Positions 1-8,202 of a stretch of 64,000 nucleotides of DNA are shown here, piece by piece; position 1 is the stretch's first letter; every line of letters starts with the position of its first letter. Both the position numbers and the translations under genes were made by a program. Below the pieces are notes generated by a model. That model saw nothing but the letters and a program-made list of their open reading frames with translations. It was not told where the DNA came from and did not search any database. The DNA comes from a virus (Duplodnaviria; Caudoviricetes). The stretch covers positions 475-64,474 of IMG/VR virus record IMGVR_UViG_3300025930_000011; one strand, 5' to 3'.

Positions 1-218
1 CCGAGAAGCATTACACGGTAAAGGAAGTGGCGGAGCTGTGGAGTATTGGAGAGAACACGGTGCGCCGGTTGTTCGAGGATACGCCGGGGGTGTTGCGAAT
101 CTCGATGCCGACATTGACCAAGCGCCGGCATAAGCCCAAAGTGACGCTACGAATTCCGCTGTCTCTTCTGGAGCGGGCTCACGAGCAGTGGTCGAGAAAT
201 AGCGGTAGCAGCAGGTGA
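1..218 (+). CDS. excisionase-like helix-turn-helix protein (5'-truncated by window edge)
   Basis: Frame open from base 3: EKHYTVKEVAELWSIGENTVRRLF, an HTH_17/Xis-like pattern; converges on and overlaps the integrase 3' end. Confidence 0.7.
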   Translation, partial: EKHYTVKEVAELWSIGENTVRRLFEDTPGVLRISMPTLTKRRHKPKVTLRIPLSLLERAHEQWSRNSGSSR

Positions 219-1319
219 GGTGAAGTCGAGCAGGGAAGCCGCGGAATCGAGGATGGCCTGGTGCGCGGCGATGAAGTGAGCGTAATGTTTCTCGGTTGTC
301 TTGATAGATTCATGTCCCAACAATTGCTGAACAGTCCGGATATCGACTTCGTGGGTGAGCAGCTCCACGGCGAACGTGTGGCGGAACCGGTGCGGATGCG
401 CATGAACTCCGGCCTTCTTGCCGACCGTCGAAACCGTACGCCACAAGGTTTTCGCGCAGCTTTCCCAGTCTCCGTTCCCCGTCCAGAAAAAGTACTTGGG
501 ATTTCCGCCGGGCGCCGGAAGTTTGCGCAGCGCCTCGGCCGCCTTATCATTCAGCAAAATCTTCAAGGGCACACCATTCTTCGTGATCCTCAGCAGCAGG
601 TGGTTGTGTTCGAGGGCTGCCCGGGTGAGCTGCGTGACATCCGAGATGCGCAGGCCGGTGTAGAGCAAGGTGAGCATCAATGCCCGGGCTCTGTTGCGCA
701 CGTGCGGTGTCTCGCTTCTTCCCTTCGATCCCAACCGCTCACAGGCCAGCAGCAGCGCCTCGATGTCGGCCTTCGAATAAGGAAGCACCGGGCTGTTCTT
801 GATGATCGGGGCCTTGACGAGCTTCGCCGGATTCCGCGTGGTCCACTCCCGGACAATACAGAAGGCAAAGAAGCTCCTCAGGTACTCGATCTCCTTCCGC
901 TGGGTGCGCGGCGTCATCTCCCGCCGGCCTCGGAACCTGCTCACGTGCTCGGCCTTCACCTGGTCAAGCGGCAGATCCTTCACGCCTGCGACTTCGAGAA
1001 ACTGAGTCAGGGTGCGGGTGATACTCTTGAGGCTCGATTCCTGAAGGTTGCGATCGCGGGCATCTTTCAGGTAGGCGGTCACTGCCTCTTTAGTCGAGCG
1101 TGCGGGCTTCAGCGGGCAGAAGTCCTGATCCTCGCCGCGCTCCAGTCTTCCGATCCTGCGAAGGGCCAGGGGCATGTCCGTGGTGGCGAGGGACCGGCGA
1201 AATCTTTTCCCGTCGAGCTTCCCATCCGCCCAGATAGGACAAGTGCACAGGGTGTAGTTCCAGCCCTTCTCTTTGTGGTCGCAGCTATCGAGATGCCGGC
1301 GGTGCGCGGTGAGGGACAT
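147..1319 (-). CDS. int: tyrosine recombinase / phage integrase
   Basis: Catalytic motifs YTGLRISD, HPHRFRHTFA, LLGH, TTEKHY; N-terminal RRHxxxC..CxCP arm-binding-type domain; likely start ATG 1319 (ORF track extends to 1397). Confidence 0.95.
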   Translation of the reverse strand: MSLTAHRRHLDSCDHKEKGWNYTLCTCPIWADGKLDGKRFRRSLATTDMPLALRRIGRLERGEDQDFCPLKPARSTKEAVTAYLKDARDRNLQESSLKSITRTLTQFLEVAGVKDLPLDQVKAEHVSRFRGRREMTPRTQRKEIEYLRSFFAFCIVREWTTRNPAKLVKAPIIKNSPVLPYSKADIEALLLACERLGSKGRSETPHVRNRARALMLTLLYTGLRISDVTQLTRAALEHNHLLLRITKNGVPLKILLNDKAAEALRKLPAPGGNPKYFFWTGNGDWESCAKTLWRTVSTVGKKAGVHAHPHRFRHTFAVELLTHEVDIRTVQQLLGHESIKTTEKHYAHFIAAHQAILDSAASLLDFTSPAATAISRPLLVSPLQKRQRNS

Positions 1320-1352
1320 GGCGCAAATTCTATCACGCAGGTGGCCTGCTAA

Positions 1353-1892
1353 ATGGAACCCCGGATCTACCGTCGTCATCTGAAAACCTGCGGTCATCGT
1401 TCAGAGCGTGATTCGATGTGTATCTGTCCGGTTTGGGTCGATTATGCAATCAATGGCCGGCGGATTCGGAAATCACTGGATACCACGAGTCTCCAAGATG
1501 CTCAGGCGCACTTCGATCTACTGCCTCCTGGTCGTTCGGTTGAGCCGATTGACGAGGTTATGGTTGCGAAGGCTATTCTCGCGATCGATTCATTCAGGAC
1601 AAGTGCGGGGCCGGATCTGGTCTATTTTATCGGCAACTCCAGGGCTATAAAAATCGGTGTTTCGCGGGATGTCTATAACCGCTTGATGGATCTGCAAAGT
1701 GCCTCTAGTACAGAGATCCGAATCAGGCGCGTATTTGCCGGGGGATACCCACTCGAAAAGGAGCTTCATGCAATATGCTCCAGCTTCAGCACACGTGGAG
1801 AATGGTTCCGTCTGTCTCCAACTCTTGTGGCAATTATCAAGCGTGCGAAAGAACTAGTTTGGTACGGCAATTCGTTACAGGGTGCTGAGTGA
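1353..1892 (+). CDS. integrase-N-terminal-like domain fused to GIY-YIG-like (T5orf172/MUG113-type) domain
   Basis: N-term RRHLKTC..CICPVWVD..NGRRIRKSLDT matches the integrase N-term; C-term VYFIG..IKIGVS..RL..LQ..LEKELH..RGEWF. Confidence 0.75.
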   Translation: MEPRIYRRHLKTCGHRSERDSMCICPVWVDYAINGRRIRKSLDTTSLQDAQAHFDLLPPGRSVEPIDEVMVAKAILAIDSFRTSAGPDLVYFIGNSRAIKIGVSRDVYNRLMDLQSASSTEIRIRRVFAGGYPLEKELHAICSSFSTRGEWFRLSPTLVAIIKRAKELVWYGNSLQGAE

Positions 1893-2039
1893 CCATGCGT
1901 AAACTATTGATTACAATATATTTATACTTGGTGCGGAAGGTGGGAATTGAACCTCTTTCGCCTGTTTTTCGGCCTCAAGTTACTGATTCTTCGTTCGCCT
2001 TATCTTCCTCCAATTCCACAAACCTGCCCGTTTGGTACG
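1857..2039. promoter_or_regulatory. attP accessory sites: IHF-consensus sites and candidate integrase arm sites
   Basis: TAAACTATTGATT (1900-1912) is a perfect YAANNNNTTGATW match; CAAGTTACTGATT (1976-1988) has one mismatch; direct repeat GTTTGGTACG at 1857-1866 and 2030-2039 flanks the core. Confidence 0.65.
1929..1953 (-). other. attP core: 3' end of a tRNA-Leu-type gene
   Basis: Reverse complement GGTTCAATTCCCACCTTCCGCACCA = T-loop, 3' T-stem, acceptor 3' strand and ACCA; the 5' T-stem and rest of the tRNA are absent; lies next to the integrase module. Confidence 0.85.
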
Positions 2040-2070
2040 TATGTGACAAGCCGTTTCGGAGGGTTTCCGC

Positions 2071-2301
2071 ATGAGCCGCACCGTCCACTCCATCGCCCTC
2101 ACCGGCCAGGATCTCGACTCCGCTATCCGCATCCTCTTGGATCACCGGATACACCTGGACAGCATGATGCGCACCGCCTTACCTCCAGGAACGAAGTGCC
2201 CAGAGGACAGGATCGATCTCATCTGGTTTGACCAGGCAAAAGAGGATCACAAGGAAGCAGGCAGGCTGGTGAAGCTGCTGCAAGGGGAAAAGAAGGCATG
2301 A
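2071..2301 (+). CDS. hypothetical phage protein
   Basis: GGAGG RBS; ATGA overlap with the next gene. Confidence 0.6.
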   Translation: MSRTVHSIALTGQDLDSAIRILLDHRIHLDSMMRTALPPGTKCPEDRIDLIWFDQAKEDHKEAGRLVKLLQGEKKA

Positions 2302-2552
2302 GCACATCATCATCACCGGCTCCCCACTTCACCATTCACATCGCAGGCCCAATGATAGATGGCCTTCAGTGCTGCTCACGGTGTGGAGAAGTACTGGTCA
2401 ATTACCAGGGTGTGATGACCACTGACCCTCAGTATCAGGTACGGGGCTGGAGAGAAGGCGCGTTTGTGGGCTTTGGGAGAGGATGCTCCGTGTTGATGAA
2501 CCGGGATGCCCAGGAGATCGATGAGAGTTCGTGTGGAGGAATTTTGCAGTGA
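2298..2552 (+). CDS. hypothetical Cys-containing protein
   Basis: Coupled ORF with CSRCG motif. Confidence 0.55.
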   Translation: MSTSSSPAPHFTIHIAGPMIDGLQCCSRCGEVLVNYQGVMTTDPQYQVRGWREGAFVGFGRGCSVLMNRDAQEIDESSCGGILQ

Positions 2553-2773
2553 CGCATCTGAACGACACGATACGGGGGATCGCCAAGCGGCTTGTCGGGG
2601 GTGAGGTTACCGACCTGCAGATTACCACGGTCGCAAAAGCGGGAGGATGGGCCGGGCCGATCACTTCTTCGCTGAATGACCTCGATTTTCTCGAGCGCTT
2701 CATGCTCGGGAAATACATGGTCTCGCAGGCGGAGCGCTCCGGGTTGAGTATCGAGCAGATCGCGAGGTTGTGA
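2549..2773 (+). CDS. hypothetical protein
   Basis: GTGA overlap with the previous stop; GGAGG upstream. Confidence 0.55.
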   Translation: MTHLNDTIRGIAKRLVGGEVTDLQITTVAKAGGWAGPITSSLNDLDFLERFMLGKYMVSQAERSGLSIEQIARL

Positions 2774-2817
2774 AGTGAGCAGTTTATTTTTCAAACGAAA
2801 GAGAAGGTTCTAAAGCC

Positions 2818-3399
2818 ATGAGCGATAAAGCAGCAGCCGCAATCATCGACCCGCCTCAACCCGAGGGCAAAGGGGAATATCCATTATCCGATCTTCGTCC
2901 GAGCTACATTACCGAGTACTCGACGCACGAGGATTACGAGAAGGCAACGGGCAAGACGGCAATGTCCGACCCTCGGTTTCCAAAGAAGCGCTGGACGGAT
3001 AGCCGCCCTGCTACTGGGCCGATCACGACCTATACAACCGCGCACCTCGATGCATCGTTTCAAAAGCCGGTTGTCACGCAGATTCAGATTTCCTCTTTCA
3101 TGCAGGGCATCGTCAACATGCCTCCTGACAGTGGTGTGCATGATCCGGCGTGGGATAAAGCGGGAGAGTATTTGGTTCCTATCCGTGACCTGTTGCCCGG
3201 TGAGCAGTTGAATCCGCGGCAGATGGGATTGATAGATGTGGTCAATACGCTCATCTTTAACCCGTTCGCGCCTCCTCCCCCGGCGGCTGGTAGTGGTGGT
3301 GGTGCAGGGCTCACTTCGGACCAGGATTCGCGTCTCTCGCTGATCCTTGACACGGTTCAGCGGATTGCCGGAGTGATTGTTCCCCCGGCCTCGGCCTAA
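2818..3399 (+). CDS. hypothetical protein
   Basis: 193 aa ORF with Pro/Gly linker, followed by hairpins and a terminator. Confidence 0.7.
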   Translation: MSDKAAAAIIDPPQPEGKGEYPLSDLRPSYITEYSTHEDYEKATGKTAMSDPRFPKKRWTDSRPATGPITTYTTAHLDASFQKPVVTQIQISSFMQGIVNMPPDSGVHDPAWDKAGEYLVPIRDLLPGEQLNPRQMGLIDVVNTLIFNPFAPPPPAAGSGGGAGLTSDQDSRLSLILDTVQRIAGVIVPPASA

Positions 3400-3466
3400 A
3401 GGAAGAGTTTCCCTCTCCAAGGGAAAAGGCAATCGACATCAGATCGGTGCCTTGTGTGTGTGAATC

Positions 3467-3503
3467 GGGGCGTGCTCCCTTACCTGACCGCGCCCCATTT
3501 TTT
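3467..3503 (+). terminator. putative intrinsic terminator
   Basis: GGGGCGTG...CGCGCCCC stem followed by ATTTTTT. Confidence 0.45.
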
Positions 3504-3764
3504 AAAAAGGACTTCTGAATTCAGCATCTGCGTCGCGCTCTGGGGCAGTGTTACTGACGGAAAAGGCGGCGCTGTACTACCGGGCCAGGTGTTGAATTGA
3601 GCAGTTAAAAACTAGGGCGGGGTATACACCCGCAGAAAGCGAGGAAAGGCAAACTCACCTCAACTGGGCAATTGAAGACTGCGGAATCTGCTTCCGGGAG
3701 GGAGCACTCCGCTGGTGGTCGGGGCAAGAAAAGGGTCCCGGAGATCAGCAGAGGAGAAAAGTAA

Positions 3765-3863
3765 ATGGCCTGTCCAAAGAAATGCGTGTCCTGTAAGAAG
3801 ATCACCGGCTTCCGTCACTGTCCGCATTGCGGAGGCAATGCACTGCCAATTCCGGTGAAGTAA
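3765..3863 (+). CDS. 32-aa zinc-ribbon microprotein (not in ORF track)
   Basis: MACPKKCVSCKKITGFRHCPHCGGNALPIPVK with AGGAG RBS; CxxC...CPxCG. Confidence 0.65.
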   Translation: MACPKKCVSCKKITGFRHCPHCGGNALPIPVK

Positions 3864-3870
3864 CAATCTC

Positions 3871-4044
3871 ATGAAAGTAGAGATCCATATTAACGGAGCC
3901 TTACAGGTGATCTTAACCCCGGAGACTGCCGTAGAGAAGCTGGTGCTCGAGCAAATGCAGGAGAGTGCCGGGAAGGGTGGAGCGGTGAAGCTTGCCTCAT
4001 GGATACCGGATAAGAGCAGTGTGGTTGTGAGCGTGGAGGCCTGA
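3871..4044 (+). CDS. 57-aa hypothetical protein (not in ORF track)
   Basis: MKVEIHINGALQVILTPETAVEK...; fills the gap between neighbouring + strand genes. Confidence 0.6.
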   Translation: MKVEIHINGALQVILTPETAVEKLVLEQMQESAGKGGAVKLASWIPDKSSVVVSVEA

Positions 4045-4061
4045 AAAGGGAAGGGAATTCG

Positions 4062-4337
4062 ATGTTACTGCCAGTCACCAGTGCCGATCAGATACGAGCG
4101 AGAGCCATGGGCATCAGCTTAGTAGATCCCGAGTCACAGGAACGGTTGAAGGCCATGAAAGCAGATAGAGATGCGGCACTTGAGGATAACTTGCAGCTTG
4201 AGTTTCGGATCGCGGGATTGACTGGTGCGGTGAGGAAGTGGGAGAGGCGCTGGGTGTGGGCGATGTTCGGTGTGATGGTCGAGATGCTGGCGATTGTCGG
4301 CTTGGTGATCTTTTGGCCTCGTGGTTGGTTCCTATGA
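4062..4337 (+). CDS. coiled-coil protein with C-terminal transmembrane helix
   Basis: Hydrophobic WVWAMFGVMVEMLAIVGLVIFW segment. Confidence 0.6.
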   Translation: MLLPVTSADQIRARAMGISLVDPESQERLKAMKADRDAALEDNLQLEFRIAGLTGAVRKWERRWVWAMFGVMVEMLAIVGLVIFWPRGWFL

Positions 4338-4546
4338 TCATGACCATGCCCTTCGGTCCCCATAACGGAACACTTGTATCTGAGTTACCGGATGAGTATC
4401 TCTACCAATTAATTGAAGCTCAGTGCAGAGTGGTGAGGCCCTTGAGGCTGTGGGCTGAATTGGCAGCCGCAGTGGATGAGGAAGCTGAGAAGCGGGGTAA
4501 GTTGCGCAGGGCGGAGTCGGTGATGGCGATGCGGAGGGCGGCATGA
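4334..4546 (+). CDS. DUF3820 / exonuclease-X C-terminal-like small protein
   Basis: MPFGPHNGTLVSELPDEYL resembles MPFGKHKG..L..LP..YL. Confidence 0.6.
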   Translation: MIMTMPFGPHNGTLVSELPDEYLYQLIEAQCRVVRPLRLWAELAAAVDEEAEKRGKLRRAESVMAMRRAA

Positions 4547-5247
4547 GCGTGAAAGAGAGGCCGATTCTCTTCTCGGGTCCGATGGTGCGCGCCATCCTGG
4601 AGCGCCGGAAGACTATGACGCGGAGGGTGGTCGACCCTCAGCCAAAAGTGGAATTGTTTCCGTTTCTCGGCCAGGATAATAAGCCCACTGGCGAGTTTGC
4701 CTTCGTAGATCATCCGCGTGTGATCTCGAAGCATATTCGATGCCCTCATGGCGTTCCTGGTGATCGGCTGTGGGTGCGTGAAACATGGGTCACGTGTAAG
4801 GAATGGGATGCGCTTCCGCCGCGAGAGATTGATGCGATGTGGGTTCGGCAAACTGAAACCTTTCCAATTTGGAGATTGGCTGATGGGCCGAACGTTGCCT
4901 CGAAAAGCGGCGTCGATGGGAAAGTGCGCCCTGGTATTTTCTTGCCCCGGCGATTTTCGCGCCTCACCTTAGAACTTACTGAGGTGAGAGTGGAGAGGCT
5001 CCAGGACATCACTGAAGCTGATGCGATTGCGGAAGGCTGCGAGGCATGTGACATCACGGATGCAGATATCCGGGAGGCCCTTAACAATCCCATGGATGAG
5101 GGAGCGGCCTATATGGTCGCGTTCGGCCCGGGGACAATCACCGCAAAATGTGACTTCATTCAACTCTGGGACTCCATCAACGGCAAGAAGCATCCCTGGG
5201 AATCGAATCCTTGGATCTGGGTGGAAAGCTTTCGAAAGGTGAACTAA
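4543..5247 (+). CDS. ASCH/PUA-like phage protein
   Basis: KERPILFSGPMVRAIL..RKTMTRR, GDRLWVRET, VRVERLQDITEADAIAEG, LWDSING..WESNPWIW. Confidence 0.85.
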   Translation: MSVKERPILFSGPMVRAILERRKTMTRRVVDPQPKVELFPFLGQDNKPTGEFAFVDHPRVISKHIRCPHGVPGDRLWVRETWVTCKEWDALPPREIDAMWVRQTETFPIWRLADGPNVASKSGVDGKVRPGIFLPRRFSRLTLELTEVRVERLQDITEADAIAEGCEACDITDADIREALNNPMDEGAAYMVAFGPGTITAKCDFIQLWDSINGKKHPWESNPWIWVESFRKVN

Positions 5248-5255
5248 CGGAACAC

Positions 5256-5567
5256 ATGCGATTATTCGTCGGCGGTATATCTTACGCAACACAATCAGAT
5301 GAGCTTCAGAAGTACTTCGAGACTTACGGCACAGTCACAGAAGTAAAGCTCATCCATGACAGAGAAACGAGTCTTCCCAAAGGATTCGGCCTTGTCGAGA
5401 TGCCGGAGGCTGATGAGGCAAAAGCGGCAATTGCTGAATTGCACGGCAAAGAATTCGGAGGGCGGAACCTCACAGTAAACGAGGCGAAACCTGATCCAAG
5501 ACAAGCTCACGGTCGAGTGAACGGTCATCGCGGGCAGGGGCGGGATCGCAGAGGGGCGCGGGAGTAG
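5256..5567 (+). CDS. RRM (RNP-1) RNA-binding protein
   Basis: RNP2 LFVGGI, RNP1 KGFGLVEM, GRNLTVNEAKP, Gly/Arg-rich tail. Confidence 0.9.
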   Translation: MRLFVGGISYATQSDELQKYFETYGTVTEVKLIHDRETSLPKGFGLVEMPEADEAKAAIAELHGKEFGGRNLTVNEAKPDPRQAHGRVNGHRGQGRDRRGARE

Positions 5568-5615
5568 CGGTGAAGCTCTCTGGTTTTTGTAGGGGTCAAC
5601 ATTGCACGATCTTGG

Positions 5616-5646
5616 CTTGAGTCTGGCTCCCTCTGGTCGGTCGGGA
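5616..5646 (-). repeat. dispersed 26-31 bp repeat, copy 1
   Basis: Reverse complement TCCCGACCGACCAGAGGGAGCCAGACTCAAG. Confidence 0.9.
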
Positions 5647-5672
5647 GAGTACTTTGCTTTGCGCAGTCGTGA

Positions 5673-6047
5673 ATGGCGCAAGTGTTTCTGTGTCGAGGTG
5701 TCCCGGTGATAATGGACGCGCGTGAAAAAGAGTGGAGCGGCCTGCCGCTGGTACGCGCTTTTGTCGATGACAAGGAAGTGCCCCTTGCGTGGTATGCGGA
5801 CACTGAGGCGGGGATTGTCAAGGCCTATGTGACCGTAGATGGTCAGTACGCGCAGCCGTGTTGGGTGCACAACCCTGATCCCCGATGGGAAGACATTGGC
5901 GGTGTCTACTCTGAGACGCTTCATGGAGTCGTTCGATTGGAGCCAGCGGAGCCGCACAGTGAAATAAAATCCCGACCGACCAAAGGGAGCCAGTCTCAAT
6001 CACCGCAAGGTGAACTGCTCACCAAAATTAAGGAGCCTCGCGTATGA
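5673..6047 (+). CDS. hypothetical protein, paralog of 28366..28674
   Basis: Shared motif FVD.xE...WY.DTEAGIVKA. Confidence 0.65.
   Translation: MAQVFLCRGVPVIMDAREKEWSGLPLVRAFVDDKEVPLAWYADTEAGIVKAYVTVDGQYAQPCWVHNPDPRWEDIGGVYSETLHGVVRLEPAEPHSEIKSRPTKGSQSQSPQGELLTKIKEPRV
5970..5999 (+). repeat. dispersed 26-31 bp repeat, copy 2
   Basis: TCCCGACCGACCAAAGGGAGCCAGTCTCAA, inverted relative to copy 1. Confidence 0.9.
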
Positions 6048-6162
6048 TCACCCGCGCTCCCGGAACCAAGCCGGGGAAAAACGCCTCCCTCATCCGCCTG
6101 GACCCACAATATCGTCAACCCTCACATCACATCGAATATCCACCTGAAGACGGAAGGCTCAT

Positions 6163-6468
6163 ATGGAGGCAAAAACGGTCATGAATAATGAGCGCAGTTG
6201 CGCGGACTGCCACGAGCGAATCGAAGGCGCGTATGTGGGAAACGGAAACGGAACCGTAAGTCATCCAAGGTGCTATTACCTGCATCATCCTCCAAGAGTC
6301 GCGGTCAGTCTGGGAGATGTGGTTCATTCATCGGAAGACCCTGTGTTATCCCGGCAACTCTGTTTGCGATTTCTGAATCGATGTTTGACAGTCGGGGAGC
6401 GGAAAGAGTTTGTCAATCGATTCAATATCGAGATAGCCGCAGCGCACGCGCGAAGGATTGCCCAATGA
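6163..6468 (+). CDS. hypothetical protein with CxxC...HxxC zinc-finger-like motif
   Basis: CADC...HPRC. Confidence 0.55.
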   Translation: MEAKTVMNNERSCADCHERIEGAYVGNGNGTVSHPRCYYLHHPPRVAVSLGDVVHSSEDPVLSRQLCLRFLNRCLTVGERKEFVNRFNIEIAAAHARRIAQ

Positions 6469-6689
6469 TGGCTCAATCGACCTGGGAGCAAGTAGAGCGC
6501 GGCACTCACCGCTGGGAACTTCGGCATGGTGAGAGAAATGAAGTTCGAGCTACCGTGTGGCTGGAGCAAGGCTACTGGCACTGGTCTGTACCAGGAGGCG
6601 GTATTCCCAAGAGAGGAATGCGGAAAGTGTTTCGCGAGGCCACGGTGGAGGCTGAGGGTGAGGCGGCGAAGAAAGGGAAGAGGGCGTAA
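6465..6689 (+). CDS. hypothetical protein
   Basis: MMAQSTWEQ... coupled to both neighbours (3' part of the ORF-track entry 6198..6689). Confidence 0.5.
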   Translation: MMAQSTWEQVERGTHRWELRHGERNEVRATVWLEQGYWHWSVPGGGIPKRGMRKVFREATVEAEGEAAKKGKRA

Positions 6690-7306
6690 TGATCGAGGTC
6701 AGGCAAGCGGGGTTCTCCATCACCAGATCGCTCGTGCGGTTTTTGTTGGAGCGGGCCGCTAATTATAAGTGGTCGATTCAGGGATTCGGAATGCTTCGCC
6801 TGTATCTCGATGGTGACCACGAGCCACGTCTGAACATCTGGGATAGCCGGTATCGCATCCCGAACGTTTCAATGATGCACACTCACCCCTGGGATTTCGC
6901 GTCTCTTGTAGTCGCGGGTGAGTTGACGAATATCCGGTATGTCGAAGCCGCGCCCTCCGAGCAGCACAGAATCATCGAGGTTCACTCTTCGCAAATCAAG
7001 CCCGGGCCTGGTGGTGGGCTCCGGCGCCATGCTGGTGAAGTTCTGGAGGAGCGCGAGGTTTGCCGTTTCATGGCTCAGCGCGAAGAGGTGTATTGCCCCG
7101 GGGACGTCTATTTTCAGTTAGCAGACGAGATTCATGTCAGCCTGCCCTCTGATGGCTGTATCACGATCAATCTGAGGGAGCGAGTTGGTGCGGATGTTGC
7201 GAGAACATTTTGGCCTCGCGGAACTGATTGGGTCTCAGCGGAGCCTCGCGTGGCTACGGCGGAGGAAGTTGCCGATATTACTCAATTGGCATTGCGTGGA
7301 TTATGA
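6689..7306 (+). CDS. cupin-fold (cysteine dioxygenase-like) protein
   Basis: RLNIW...HTHPWDFASLVVAG...GDVY....DEIH metal-binding cupin pattern. Confidence 0.65.
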   Translation: MIEVRQAGFSITRSLVRFLLERAANYKWSIQGFGMLRLYLDGDHEPRLNIWDSRYRIPNVSMMHTHPWDFASLVVAGELTNIRYVEAAPSEQHRIIEVHSSQIKPGPGGGLRRHAGEVLEEREVCRFMAQREEVYCPGDVYFQLADEIHVSLPSDGCITINLRERVGADVARTFWPRGTDWVSAEPRVATAEEVADITQLALRGL

Positions 7307-8151
7307 CCGCCCTCGACTCTCTTCCCCCACTCGCTAACAAAACCACACTGCTGAAACAGTGCGGCTGGACTCCAGGCCTCATTACCTTGTTACTCGGGAA
7401 GCCAGATTTAGAGAAGCGAAAAGCCAAAGGCTCCTACCGCTGGGTAGAGCACCTGTACTCAAGAGATCGAGTAATGGAAGCGATGCGCGATCCCCGGTTT
7501 ATCGCACGAGCAGAGGCCCGTCAGCAGCGTGCAGAGCTTCAGGCACAACGGAAAGCTCAGATCCCCCAGCATTACGGCGGCAACTGGAGAGACGCGCTCC
7601 CGGAGGCCTGCGCAGGGATGTTCTCTTTAAACCGGTATGCCAAGCACCGGAGATGCTCCGAGCTTCATAAAGTCGAAATCTACCGGCTGAAAAATGCGCT
7701 CATCGAAGCACTTTACCGGCATGGTTACTGCTCGGCATCGTGGATACATCGGCTCGTGCTTGAGGCGCAACTGTGCCGCGGATGCGGAGGCGCTGGGGAT
7801 CTCGACTGTGAGCGGTGCGGAGGATCGGGGATCTATCGCAGCGCACGCACACTTGAATTCTGGTGCTTTCAATTTGAAGTTGCCGGGAAGCGGTTCTGCT
7901 GGCATCAGCCGCTCGATCTCGTGAAATTTTCGCCTCTCGCATCAGTACCTCCCCAGGAGTGGAAAGAGTTCGAGAAGGAAAAGCCTGTGCCGTTGAGAAA
8001 GGATCAGTTCGCGAGGGCGAAAGAGTTGCTCGATTGGGTGATCCGGGAGGCCGGTGGTAGCGGCGAGAACTGGGTGAAGCAGGAGGTCTCGCAAAGGGGA
8101 GCAGTTGGCCCTTTTGACTTGGCGCGGGTTGCTGGGTGGTCCGTTGTTTGA
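7303..8151 (+). CDS. YkyB-like protein with CxxCxGxG zinc motifs
   Basis: LNRYAK...IYRLKN...WHQP; CRGCGGAG and CERCGGSG. Confidence 0.55.
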   Translation: MTALDSLPPLANKTTLLKQCGWTPGLITLLLGKPDLEKRKAKGSYRWVEHLYSRDRVMEAMRDPRFIARAEARQQRAELQAQRKAQIPQHYGGNWRDALPEACAGMFSLNRYAKHRRCSELHKVEIYRLKNALIEALYRHGYCSASWIHRLVLEAQLCRGCGGAGDLDCERCGGSGIYRSARTLEFWCFQFEVAGKRFCWHQPLDLVKFSPLASVPPQEWKEFEKEKPVPLRKDQFARAKELLDWVIREAGGSGENWVKQEVSQRGAVGPFDLARVAGWSVV

Positions 8152-8202
8152 GGGTTTGGGAGGGAATGCATCGTGATGAAGGATTTGCGCAGAGGAGTTC
8201 GA

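Noticed and set aside
261-1352. 363-aa + strand ORF, and similar long antisense ORFs (16276..17220, 29438..30307, 30930..31796, 33299..34465)
   Set aside because: Shadow frames opposite well-supported genes, as expected in GC-rich DNA
1929-2000. Complete tRNA gene on the minus strand
   Set aside because: Only the last 25 nt match; the 5' T-stem, anticodon arm and D-arm are missing, which fits an attP core
1889-2074. 61-aa ORF (and 1947..2231) across attP
   Set aside because: Runs through the att core and IHF sites with no recognisable protein features; probably spurious
3640-3740. c-di-GMP-I riboswitch suggested by GGCAAAC
   Set aside because: Could not find the GNRA-capped P2 stem or the downstream GCAAAGC element
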